The translations under genes were made by a program, and so were the position numbers. Shown here piece by piece: positions 9,065 to 17,718 of a stretch of DNA of 41,460 nucleotides. The DNA is from Pseudomonadota bacterium (lineage in GTDB: Bacteria; Myxococcota_A; UBA796; JAFGLY01): assembly GCA_043814015.1 (NCBI GenBank), contig JBDRKM010000069.1, positions 1 to 41,460 on the forward strand, given 5' to 3'. The notes under the pieces are model-generated. The model searched no databases, had not been told where the DNA came from, and saw nothing but the letters and a program-made list of their open reading frames with translations. Position 1 is the stretch's first letter, and each line of letters starts with the position of its first letter.

Positions 9065-10105
9065 TCAGCCCGTGAAGCGGCCTGGGAGCGAGCGCCCGCA
9101 GCGGGCACAGGCCCCGCCGCGCAGCCCAGGCGCCGAGGTGCGATAGCCCGCGCGGGCCACCAGCAGGGCGCCGCAGCCCGGGCAGATCGTGTCGGAAGCG
9201 CCGGGCTCCAGCACATTTCCAAGGTAGACGTGCGAGAGGCCATGCTCCCGGGCGATGGCCCGCGCCCTGAGCAGGGTGGCCAGCGGTGTGCGCGGCAGAT
9301 CGCGGATCTGGTGGGCCGGGTGGAAGGCCGAGAAGTGCAGCGGCACCGCTCGGCCCAGATCCTCGGCCACGAAGGCGCACAGCCCGTGCAGGCCCTCGTC
9401 GTCGTCGTTCTCTCCGGGGAGGAGGAGGTTGGTGACCTCCAGGTGCACCGCGGTCTCCCGAGCGATGTGGCGCAGCGTCGCCAGCACCGGGTCCAGGCGC
9501 GCGCCGCACATGCGACGGTAGAAGGCGTCCGTGAAAGCCTTGAGATCCACGTTGGCCGCGTCCATCCCGGCGAAGAACTCCTCCCGCGCGCCGGGCGCCA
9601 CGTACCCGTTGGTCACCGCCACCGTGGCGAGCCCCGCCGCGTGGCAGGCCGCGGCCACGTCGAGGGCGTACTCGCCGAAGACGAGCGGCTCGTTGTAGGT
9701 GAACGCCACGCTCCGGCACCCCTCGGCCAGCGCCGTGGCCGCCACCTGCTCGGGAGAGGCCACCATCAGGTCGCCCGCGGACGAGCGCCCGCGCGAGGAT
9801 GTCCAGTTCTGGCAGAAGCGGCAGCCCAGGTTGCAGCCCAACGTGCCGAAGGACAGCACGTGGCTGCCCGGCAGGAAATGGTACAGGGGCTTCTTCTCGA
9901 TGGGATCCACCGCCAGCCCGGTGCAGCGCCCCCAGGTCTCCAACACGACCCCCTCCGCCGTGGCCATGCGCACATGGCAATACCCGCGCTGGCCCGGCTC
10001 GAGCACGCAACCCCGCGGGCAGAGCCCGCAGCGAAAGCGCGGCATCGCGCCGTCTTCCTCGAGACGCTCCCACCAGCGGGCCGGCGCAGGGGCGGAAGTG
10101 GACAT
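9065..10105 (-). CDS. AmmeMemoRadiSam-system-type radical SAM enzyme (PflX-like)
   Basis: RCGLCPRGC..GYCHVR, then AVDPIEKKPLYHFLPGS and the radical SAM cluster motif GCNLGCRFCQNW, match the family typified by archaeal MJ-type PflX proteins. Start taken at Met-65 of the ORF (ATG at 10105). Confidence 0.75.
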   Translation of the reverse strand: MSTSAPAPARWWERLEEDGAMPRFRCGLCPRGCVLEPGQRGYCHVRMATAEGVVLETWGRCTGLAVDPIEKKPLYHFLPGSHVLSFGTLGCNLGCRFCQNWTSSRGRSSAGDLMVASPEQVAATALAEGCRSVAFTYNEPLVFGEYALDVAAACHAAGLATVAVTNGYVAPGAREEFFAGMDAANVDLKAFTDAFYRRMCGARLDPVLATLRHIARETAVHLEVTNLLLPGENDDDEGLHGLCAFVAEDLGRAVPLHFSAFHPAHQIRDLPRTPLATLLRARAIAREHGLSHVYLGNVLEPGASDTICPGCGALLVARAGYRTSAPGLRGGACARCGRSLPGRFTG

Positions 10106-10155
10106 GGGGCGCTCCGAGAAAGTCCCGAACAGCCTATCACAACCAGAAGCAGAAG

Positions 10156-10327
10156 CAGGGGTCAGGTCGTTACAATTACGATTTCGCAGGGAACGACCAC
10201 GGTGAAAGGCCCGTTTTGGAATAGCGCATCGCTGCTTTGGCGTCACGATCACGATTTCACAGGTGGCAGCCACGGTGAAAGGTCCGTTTTGGAGCAAAAA
10301 AAGGTAATTGTAACGTCCTGACCCCTA
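10156..10327. repeat. AT-rich composite element: 24-bp terminal inverted repeats (22/24 match) enclosing two 43-bp direct repeats (10178-10220, 10251-10293; ~36/43 identical)
   Basis: IR-L caggggtcaggtcgttacaattac and IR-R gtaattgtaacgtcctgacccct; DR acgatttcRcagg..ccacggtgaaaggYccgttttgga. Read directly. GC content is far below the window average. Confidence 0.8.
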
Positions 10328-10404
10328 TCTCCACCTGCCCCCCGTCCCCGGAACCATCCCGCGGCCATGATACTCAGGCCTTCCCATCATCTGGAGTCCC
10401 AAGC

Positions 10405-12105
10405 GTGGTCACGCTCCTCACCTCCGCCCTCCTCCTCGGCCTCGCCGTCACGCCCCCCGCGGTGGCCGTGGACCCTTCCCCTCTGGAGGACGCGCTCGAT
10501 CAGGAGCTGGAGCGGGCCATGCGCACCTTCCGGGAGCGCGGGCAGCCGCCCTACTATGTCTCCCTCGCGGTGGAGGAGCGCGAGACCACCCGGGTGAACG
10601 CCACCGCCGGCGCCCTGGAGCGCAGCCGCACCGAGCAGGGCAACACCCTCGACGTGGAGCTCAGGGTCGGCACGCCCGCGCTCGACTCTACGCACCCGCT
10701 GCGCGGCATGAGCTCGCTGCGGGACGAGCCGCGCCGCAGCGTGGACATCCCGCTGGAGCCCCCGGGCTCCTACGCCCTGCGCCACGCCGTCTGGAAGGAG
10801 CTGGACGCCCGCTGGCGCGATGCCATCGAGCGCATCGTGGTCGTGCGGGCCAACCAGTCCGTCAAGGTGGCCGAGGAGCTGACCGCGCCCGACTTCGAGC
10901 TGCGGGAGCGGGTGGTGGATCGCCAGGAGGTGCGCTTCCAGAGGGTGGACCTGCCCGCCTGGGAGGACACCCTGCGCCAGGTCTCGGCCCGGCTCGACGA
11001 GGACCCCCGGGTCCAGCAGAGCCAGGCCATCCTGAACCTGGAGAACCTCCGCAAGACCCTGGTGGACTCCGAGGGCACCCACGTGGTGCACGGCGGCACC
11101 TGGGCGCGGGTGGCCGTCTCGGTGGGCGCCACCGCCCCCGACGGCGACGAGCTGTCCATCCTCCGCATGCTCTCCTTCCGCGATGTTTCCCACCTGCCCC
11201 CCACCGACACCCTGCTCGCCCTGGCCGACGAAGCCACCGCCACCCTGCTGCAGCAGCTGCAAGCCCCTCGCGGCGAGCCCTACAGCGGCCCCGTGCTGCT
11301 GAACGGCAAGGCCGCGGCCGTGTTCTTCCACGAGGTCCTCGGGCACCGGGTCGAGGGCCAGCGTTTGAAGCTCGACAGCGAGGGCAAGACCTTCCTCGAA
11401 TACGTGGGCCGGCCCGTGCTGCCCGCCTTCATCGACGTGGTGGACGACCCCACGCTGCCCACCCTGGGGGGCGAGGACCTCAACGGCTTCTACGCCTACG
11501 ACGACGAGGGCGTGGCGGCGCAGCGCGCGGTCATCGTGGATGACGGCGTGTTCAAGGGTTTCTTGATGGGCCGCTCGCCCCTGCCCGACTTCCCGCACAG
11601 CAACGGCCACGGCCGGCGCTCTACGGGCAAGGCGCCCTCCTCGCGCATGGGCAACACCATCGTGGAGGCCAGCCAGACCGTCCCCCGCGCCAGGATGCGC
11701 GCCATGCTGCTGGAGGAGGTCAAGCGCCAGGGCCTGCCCTACGGCCTCTACGTGGACGAGATCGAGGGCGGCTTCACCATGACCGGCCGGATCATGCCCA
11801 ACGCCTTCAACGTGCGCGTCATCGACGCCTGGCGGGTCTACGCCGACGGCCGACCCGACGAGCGCATCCGGGGTGTGGACCTGGTGGGCACCCCCCTGGT
11901 GGCCTTCGCCGGCATCCTGGCCGCAGGCGACGATCTCGGGGTCTTCAACGGCACCTGCGGCGCGGACTCGGGCTGGGTCCCGGTGAGCGCCGCGAGCCCC
12001 ACCCTGCTGCTGCGGAGCATGGAGGCACAGCTCAAGGAGAAAGGGGAGGATCGGCCGCCCCTGCTGCCGAAGCCCGTGCAACGCCAGCCGGAGGCCCGCC
12101 GATGA
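10405..12105 (+). CDS. tldD: TldD-family metallopeptidase, secreted (N-terminal signal peptide), GTG start
   Basis: HExxxH motif FFHEVLGHRVEG, the glycine-rich SNGHGRR..GNTI block and a length of ~560 aa fit TldD. N-terminus LLTSALLLGLAVTPPAVAVD. The stop overlaps the next start (ATGA at 12102-12105). Confidence 0.8.
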   Translation: MVTLLTSALLLGLAVTPPAVAVDPSPLEDALDQELERAMRTFRERGQPPYYVSLAVEERETTRVNATAGALERSRTEQGNTLDVELRVGTPALDSTHPLRGMSSLRDEPRRSVDIPLEPPGSYALRHAVWKELDARWRDAIERIVVVRANQSVKVAEELTAPDFELRERVVDRQEVRFQRVDLPAWEDTLRQVSARLDEDPRVQQSQAILNLENLRKTLVDSEGTHVVHGGTWARVAVSVGATAPDGDELSILRMLSFRDVSHLPPTDTLLALADEATATLLQQLQAPRGEPYSGPVLLNGKAAAVFFHEVLGHRVEGQRLKLDSEGKTFLEYVGRPVLPAFIDVVDDPTLPTLGGEDLNGFYAYDDEGVAAQRAVIVDDGVFKGFLMGRSPLPDFPHSNGHGRRSTGKAPSSRMGNTIVEASQTVPRARMRAMLLEEVKRQGLPYGLYVDEIEGGFTMTGRIMPNAFNVRVIDAWRVYADGRPDERIRGVDLVGTPLVAFAGILAAGDDLGVFNGTCGADSGWVPVSAASPTLLLRSMEAQLKEKGEDRPPLLPKPVQRQPEARR

Positions 12106-13841
12106 CCGCCGCCGCCCTGGCCCTCGCCGTCCTGTGCGTCCCCGGCGCCCTGGCCGATCCCGTCCTCAGCTCCGAGCAGCGGCGCGCCCTGCTGGCCGAG
12201 GAGGTGGCGCTGCACCTGGAGCAGCTGCAGCTACCCGACGCCCCGCCGCTGTACCACCTGCGCTACCACCTGCTCGCCCTGCAGCAGGCCTCGGTGCGGG
12301 CCTCTTTCGGGGCCCTCGTGGCCCACGATTTCAGCCCCGCGACCGTGCTGGGGGCCGAGGTGCGCGTCGGGAGCGCCGCCTTCGACAACACCGGCTACGG
12401 CGGCTGGGAGAGCGGCTTCGGGCGCATCGGCCTGCCGCAGGAGCTGACCGCCCACGCCCTGCGCCTGGCCACCTGGCAGCTGTCCGACAGCACCTACAAG
12501 GAGGCCGTCGAGCAATTCGCGCGCAAGCAGGCCGCCTTCGTCCCGCCCCCCGACTACCCCGGGGACTACCAGGTCGGCCTGCGCCAGGAGGGGCCCTACA
12601 TCAGCGTAGCCAGCGCGCGCCTGGAGCCCGTGGAGCAGCTGGCGCGGCGCCTGTCCTCGGTCTTCCCGGTGGATGGTGGGCTGGAGCTCGGCACGGTGCT
12701 CGCGGCCTGGGAGACCGGCACGGAGACCGTGGTGGACAGCGAGGGCACCGACCTGCAGCGGCCCCACGCGGAGTTCGTCCTGCGCGCCATGGCCCAGGCG
12801 CGCGCCACCGACGGCGCCCTGCTCTCCGACCACCGCTCCTGGTACCTGCGCAACCCCAGCCAGCTGCCCGCCGAGCCCGCCGTCGAGCTCCAGGTCGCCG
12901 CCATGACCCGCGACCTGCTGGCCTGGACCCGCGTCACACCCCTGCAGGACGAATACGTCGGCCCCGTGATCTTCGAGGACGAGGCCGCCGTGGATCTCTT
13001 CCGCACCCTGCTGGTGGACCAGCTCGAGGGCACCCCGCCACCCGTGCCTTTCGAGGCCAGCTTCGGCGCCCTGGGCGACGGCTTCTCCTTCGCCTCCGAC
13101 GGCTCCGGCGGTGGCCCGCGCCTCAACCGCCGGGTGTTGCCCGACGGCTGGCGCGCGGTGGACGACCCGCGGGCCGATCTGAACGACCCCGCCTGCTTCG
13201 CCTTCGACCTGGAGGGCACCCCCGCGCGGCGCGTCGAGCTGGTGGAGGACGGCATCGTCCGCACCCTGCTCATGTCCCGCGTCCCCCGCAAGGACATCCC
13301 GGAGGGCAGCAACGGACACGCCCGGGGCACCCTCAGCTCCCGCGCCGCCGGCCGCGTCTCCCACCTGGAGGTCACGCCCAGGCACCGCCTGACCCGTCGG
13401 CGCCTGCTCAAGCAGGCCTTCGCCATCGCCGACGCCTACGACCAGGACTACGTGATGGTGGTGCGCCGCTTCCAGGACGACCTCGTGCGGGCCCAGGATC
13501 GCACCGACAGCGCCGCCTTCTCGTTCCTGGACGGCGGGGGGCATCGCCTGCCCGTGCCCCTGGCCCTGTACCGCGTCTACACCGACGGCCGGGAGGAGCC
13601 CATCCGCGGCGCCGCCTTCGCCAGCGTGGAGCGCTGGGCCCTGCGCGAGATCGCCGCCGCGGGCCCCCAGGTGGAGGGCCGCTACCTCGCGCCCTTCTCC
13701 CCCGGCGGCCAGTCCTACTCCCCCCTGGTGGGCATGCCCACCACCCTGTCCGTGCCCGAGGTGCTCATCGAGGAGCTGGAGCTGGTCCCGGTCAGCGCGG
13801 ATCCGCGCAGCCGCCCCGTCGTGCCTGCGCCCGGACGCTGA
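12102..13841 (+). CDS. PmbA/TldE-family partner subunit (no HExxxH), secreted
   Basis: Shares TldD-like blocks (EGSNGHARG, C-terminal region) but lacks the metal-binding HExxxH. Signal peptide MTAAALALAVLCVPGALA. Translationally coupled to tldD. Confidence 0.7.
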   Translation: MTAAALALAVLCVPGALADPVLSSEQRRALLAEEVALHLEQLQLPDAPPLYHLRYHLLALQQASVRASFGALVAHDFSPATVLGAEVRVGSAAFDNTGYGGWESGFGRIGLPQELTAHALRLATWQLSDSTYKEAVEQFARKQAAFVPPPDYPGDYQVGLRQEGPYISVASARLEPVEQLARRLSSVFPVDGGLELGTVLAAWETGTETVVDSEGTDLQRPHAEFVLRAMAQARATDGALLSDHRSWYLRNPSQLPAEPAVELQVAAMTRDLLAWTRVTPLQDEYVGPVIFEDEAAVDLFRTLLVDQLEGTPPPVPFEASFGALGDGFSFASDGSGGGPRLNRRVLPDGWRAVDDPRADLNDPACFAFDLEGTPARRVELVEDGIVRTLLMSRVPRKDIPEGSNGHARGTLSSRAAGRVSHLEVTPRHRLTRRRLLKQAFAIADAYDQDYVMVVRRFQDDLVRAQDRTDSAAFSFLDGGGHRLPVPLALYRVYTDGREEPIRGAAFASVERWALREIAAAGPQVEGRYLAPFSPGGQSYSPLVGMPTTLSVPEVLIEELELVPVSADPRSRPVVPAPGR

Positions 13842-13880
13842 AGCGGGTATCGTCTCTCGCAGCTTGAGGAGGCAGCGGCC

Positions 13881-14900
13881 ATGGTCCGACCCGACGCCAG
13901 CACCCTGTCGGCACGCGAGCGCGAGACCCGCCTGGTAGTGTTCGACGATCCCCAGTTCGATCGCCACGATCCCGGCTGGGGCCACCCGGAGTGCCCCGAG
14001 CGCCTGCCCGCCATCCGCGCGGCGCTGCAGCGCCACGGCTGGCCGGTGCGGCCGGGCCGCCCCGTGACCCGCGCCGAGCTCGAGCGCGTCCACCGGTCCG
14101 CCTACATCGATCACGTCATGTCCGCGGCCGGCAAGACCCTCTACCTCGACCCCGACACGGGGGTCTCCCCCGGCTCCGTAGACGCGGCCCTGCTGGCCGC
14201 CGGCGCCGCCGTGGAGGCCGCCGAGGTCACCATGGCCGGGCGCAACTGCCTGGTCACCTGCCGCCCGCCCGGGCATCACGCCACGCCGGGTGAGGCCATG
14301 GGCTTCTGCCTGTTCAACAACGCCGCCGTGGCCGCCGCCCACCTCGAGCACCTCGGCTACCGTGTGGCCGTGGTGGATCCGGACTGCCACCACGGCAACG
14401 GCACCCAGGAGGCCTTCTGGGAGGACCCGGGCGTCCTGTACGTGAGCTGGCACCGCTACCCCTTCTACCCGGGCTCCGGCGCCGCCGAGGAGATCGGCGG
14501 TGGAGAGGGCCTGGGCGCCACCCTGAACGTCCCCCTGCCCGCGGGCTCGGGCGATGCGGTCTACCTGGGGTCGCTGCAGGCCGTGGTCCTACCCGCCCTG
14601 GAGCGCTTCCGGCCCGAGGTGGTGGTGATCTCCGCCGGCTTCGACCAGATGGAGGGCGATCTGCTCGGCGGCATGGAGCTGACCCGCGAGGGTCTGGCGG
14701 TCATCTTCGGTGCGCTGGCCAGCCGCTGGCCCTGCGTGGCGGTGCTGGAGGGCGGCTACAACACCCGGCGCCTGGGGGGCGATGTCGAGGTGGCCGCCCT
14801 GGCCCTGGCAGGCGGGCCCATCCCCGACGTCCAGATCTCCCTGGACCCGCGCTGGGTCGAGCGCTTCGCCACCTGGCCCCACCCGCTGCTGCAGCGTTGA
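13881..14900 (+). CDS. Histone deacetylase / acetoin-utilisation (AcuC)-family Zn-dependent deacetylase
   Basis: CRPPGHHA, VDPDCHHGNGTQ and EGGY motifs. GAGGAGG RBS 9 nt upstream. No signal peptide. Confidence 0.85.
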   Translation: MVRPDASTLSARERETRLVVFDDPQFDRHDPGWGHPECPERLPAIRAALQRHGWPVRPGRPVTRAELERVHRSAYIDHVMSAAGKTLYLDPDTGVSPGSVDAALLAAGAAVEAAEVTMAGRNCLVTCRPPGHHATPGEAMGFCLFNNAAVAAAHLEHLGYRVAVVDPDCHHGNGTQEAFWEDPGVLYVSWHRYPFYPGSGAAEEIGGGEGLGATLNVPLPAGSGDAVYLGSLQAVVLPALERFRPEVVVISAGFDQMEGDLLGGMELTREGLAVIFGALASRWPCVAVLEGGYNTRRLGGDVEVAALALAGGPIPDVQISLDPRWVERFATWPHPLLQR

Positions 14901-15379
14901 TGCTCACTGCGGCGCTCGCGCTGCTGCTGGCCTGCGGTCATCGGGCCCCGGTCACCTGGGCTGCCCCGGCCGCGCCCGCCACGCCGGAGGGCTGCGCCCC
15001 CGCCCCAGACGCCATCGCCGTCGAGCTGCACGCCGGCCTGCGCCTGAGCGGCGACGAGGCCGCCGCCCTCTTCCCGGACCTCGGCCTCATCGCGAGCTGG
15101 GTCGGCCGCGCCAGCCTGCGCGCCGGCGAGGCCCGCCTCTGCGACGGCCGCCTCGTGGTGCGCGACCCCGAGCTGCGCTTCTGGAACGGCCGCGGCGAGC
15201 CCCTCGATGTCGCCCTCATCACCGACGTGATGGTCCACCCCCGCCTGATCCTGGCCCTGCGCCGCGAGGACGTGCCACCTCCGCCGGACGGCGCGTGGAT
15301 CCCGCTGGACGCAACCGGGCTGAGGCGGGTGGGGTGGTGCGTGGTGGGGGAGTACGGGGGGCGCTCCAGCGGAGGATGA
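14900..15379 (+). CDS. Small lipoprotein, hypothetical
   Basis: MLTAALALLLACG lipobox. The ATG overlaps the HDAC stop (TGATG). The ORF track starts one codon earlier at TTG 14897. Confidence 0.45.
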   Translation: MLTAALALLLACGHRAPVTWAAPAAPATPEGCAPAPDAIAVELHAGLRLSGDEAAALFPDLGLIASWVGRASLRAGEARLCDGRLVVRDPELRFWNGRGEPLDVALITDVMVHPRLILALRREDVPPPPDGAWIPLDATGLRRVGWCVVGEYGGRSSGG

Positions 15380-15485
15380 TACAGCTCCTTCATAGGTCCG
15401 TATCCGCCGTTTTCGTTCCCGCCCCCGTTCCCGACCGACGTGGCTCCGAGGACGGACCGAAGTCAGGACCGGCGGGGCTGCCCTC

Positions 15486-15527
15486 GCCCGTAGCCCGTAG
15501 CCCGTAGCCCGTAGCCCGTAGCCCGCT
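15486..15527. repeat. (GCCCGTA)x5 perfect heptanucleotide tandem repeat plus one variant unit
   Basis: Read directly. It ends ~9 bp before a TTGATA -35-like hexamer and 44 bp before the MFS start codon. Confidence 0.85.
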
Positions 15528-15570
15528 ATTTCTTGATACCTGTGGGCTCGCCTCTCCAGGAGCCTCCCCC

Positions 15571-16794
15571 ATGTTCCTCCGCCGCATCGCCACCATGGTC
15601 GGCCTGCCCCTCGTCGCCCTCATCGAGGCCTGCGCCTACTTCATGGGGCTGACCATGCTGGCGCTGCTGCTCACCGATCAGCTCGGCATGGACCACGAGG
15701 CGGCCTCCAGCACGTCGGCCTGGCTGCAGGGCCTCGGCGTGGGAGCGCTTCTGCTCGGCGGCCTGGTGGCCGCGGGGATCGGGCCCCAGCTCACCCTCGT
15801 CCTGGGGACCCTGCTCTCGGCCCTGGGGCTGGCGCTGCTGCCCTTCCTGGACGCCAGCCTGGTGATGGTGCCCGTCGCCATCCTCGCCCTCGGGCAGGGG
15901 CTCAAGCGCCCCGCCATCTGGGCCGCCGCGGCGCAGCCCTTCGGTTTCCCCAGAGAGCAGCTGCGCATGGTGTCGATCCTGCTGGCCTACGTGGGCTACA
16001 ACCTCGGCGCCGTGATCGCCTCGCCCCTCGCCCAGGCGCTGCAGGAGGCGCTGGGGCTGCGCGCGGTCTACCTGGCGGCCGCGGGGCTGGCTTTGCTGGC
16101 CACCCTGATCGCGGCCGGGGTAGGCGCCGCCTGGCTGCTGAAGCGCGAGCGCGCGGCCGAGGAGCAGCGCGCACCGCGGCCGCCGCTGGGCTCCGTGCTC
16201 ATGGGCATCGGCGCCCTGGCCCTGCTGGCCTTCCTCCCGGTGCTGAGCTGGAACCAGAGCTGGCATCTGCAGTTCGATCTGCTGCAGCAGCTCGACGTGG
16301 GCATGAGCTGGGATCTCTTCTTCGCGCTCAACCCCGCCATCGTCACCGTGGTCGCCGTGCTGATGGCGGCGGTGCTGGCGGGCCTGCACTTCACCCGCCT
16401 GCGGGTGCCGGCCATGGCGCTGGTGGGCCTCGGCCTGGCCCTCGTGGGTCTGGCGCTGCTGCTGATGGTCGTGCCCGGCGTCCGGGCCACGGTCCCGGCC
16501 TTCCTCGCCGCCGCCGTCGTGCTGTCCATCGGTGAGGTGTTCGCGCTGCCCCCGCTGCTGTCGCGCCTCACGGGCGATGTCCACTGGCGCCTGGCCCCCC
16601 TGCTGGCCGCGGGCTGGCTCGCGCTCACGGGCGGCGGCGGCATCCTGCTGACCTGGCTGATCGAGCGGTGCGAGCTGCCCGTCCTGCGCACCGTCACAGG
16701 CTGGGTCGGCGCGGGCAGCGGCCTGTTGTTCGGCCTCGTGCTGCTGATCCTGGCCGTCCCCCTGCAGCGCCGCCTGTTCTCGCCGCCGCGATAG
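15571..16794 (+). CDS. MFS-type transporter (12 predicted TM helices)
   Basis: 407 aa, uniformly hydrophobic and helix-rich with Gly/Ala/Leu-rich segments. GGAG RBS upstream. First gene of a three-gene operon. Confidence 0.55.
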   Translation: MFLRRIATMVGLPLVALIEACAYFMGLTMLALLLTDQLGMDHEAASSTSAWLQGLGVGALLLGGLVAAGIGPQLTLVLGTLLSALGLALLPFLDASLVMVPVAILALGQGLKRPAIWAAAAQPFGFPREQLRMVSILLAYVGYNLGAVIASPLAQALQEALGLRAVYLAAAGLALLATLIAAGVGAAWLLKRERAAEEQRAPRPPLGSVLMGIGALALLAFLPVLSWNQSWHLQFDLLQQLDVGMSWDLFFALNPAIVTVVAVLMAAVLAGLHFTRLRVPAMALVGLGLALVGLALLLMVVPGVRATVPAFLAAAVVLSIGEVFALPPLLSRLTGDVHWRLAPLLAAGWLALTGGGGILLTWLIERCELPVLRTVTGWVGAGSGLLFGLVLLILAVPLQRRLFSPPR

Positions 16795-16803
16795 GCGCCG
16801 TTC

Positions 16804-17109
16804 ATGCCTCGCCTGCTCACGCTCCTCGCCATCTGGAACGCCGCGGTCCCCGGCCTGCTCGCGCTCCTGGCCGGGATCGCGCTGGGCTTCGGGCTCTCCA
16901 TGGGGGGCGGCTCCTTCCTCGACATCTCCGTCTTCCTCCTGGCCTGGACCTGGATCCTGGGCATCCCCCTCACCACCGGGGTGGCGCTGGTGATCGCCAT
17001 CCGGCTCCGGCGCCGCTGGGCCTTCTGGCTGCACGGGGTGGTGCTCGCGCTCTGGGGGGCCACGGTGGTCTTCATCCTGCTGGCCCCCGGACTCATGAGG
17101 CTGCCATGA
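16804..17109 (+). CDS. Small integral membrane protein (3 TM), hypothetical
   Basis: 101 aa, three hydrophobic segments. Begins 10 bp after the MFS stop. The stop overlaps the next ATG (ATGA). Confidence 0.45.
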   Translation: MPRLLTLLAIWNAAVPGLLALLAGIALGFGLSMGGGSFLDISVFLLAWTWILGIPLTTGVALVIAIRLRRRWAFWLHGVVLALWGATVVFILLAPGLMRLP

Positions 17110-17714
17110 CCCGCCCCCCTGTCGTCCTGGTCCACGGCCTGTTCGCCCCCCGCGCCACCATGCTGCCCTTCGCCTGGGCGCTCGAGCGCGCCGGGCTGCA
17201 GGCCCACACCGTCAAGCTCCCGCCGCTGAACACCGCCCGGGTGGAGCGCAGCGTGGGGCTGCTCGCGCGCCAGATCGACGAGATCCTGGCCGAGCGCGGG
17301 GCCGAGAAGTGCGATCTCGTGGGCATGAGCCTCGGGGGGCTCATCGCCCTCAGCTACGTCCAGGAGCCGCGCAACGCCACGCGGGTGCGGCGCCTGATTG
17401 CCGTGGGCACCCCCGTACACGGCACCTGGTCGGCGGCGGCGGCGGTGGGCCTGCTCGGCCCTCTCTGCCCCGCCGGGCGCCAGTGCCTGCCCGGCTCGGA
17501 CCTGCTGCGCGACCTGGCCGCCCGCGGCCTGCCCGTGGGCGTCGAGGTCACGTCGGTCTATGGCAGCTTCGATCCGGTCGCCCCGGCCAAGCGCTGCCAC
17601 CTCGAGGGCGCGCGCAACATCGAGATCAAGACCCTGCCCCAGCCCCTGGCCCACCAGACGCTCATCGCATCCCCCGAGGCGGTGCGGACGCTGATGGAGA
17701 TCCTGAAGGCCTGA
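17106..17714 (+). CDS. Alpha/beta hydrolase, lipase-like (GxSxG nucleophile elbow)
   Basis: VVLVHGLFAP...CDLVGMSLGGLIA (Ser in GMSLGG). About 200 aa, like small bacterial lipases/esterases. Starts at the internal ATG of ORF 16668..17714. Confidence 0.7.
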   Translation: MTRPPVVLVHGLFAPRATMLPFAWALERAGLQAHTVKLPPLNTARVERSVGLLARQIDEILAERGAEKCDLVGMSLGGLIALSYVQEPRNATRVRRLIAVGTPVHGTWSAAAAVGLLGPLCPAGRQCLPGSDLLRDLAARGLPVGVEVTSVYGSFDPVAPAKRCHLEGARNIEIKTLPQPLAHQTLIASPEAVRTLMEILKA

Positions 17715-17718
17715 GGGC

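Noticed and set aside
10178-10293. CRISPR array (two 43-bp direct repeats)
   Set aside because: Only two repeat copies, ~84% identical, with one 30-bp spacer. No cas genes in the window. The repeats are enclosed by terminal inverted repeats, which is not CRISPR architecture.
12231-14453. 740-aa minus-strand ORF spanning the PmbA and HDAC genes
   Set aside because: Antisense to two well-supported genes. Gly/Ala/His-rich and devoid of motifs.
15526-17034. 502-aa minus-strand ORF
   Set aside because: Antisense to the MFS transporter. Extremely Gly/Glu/Gln/His/Arg-rich low-complexity sequence.
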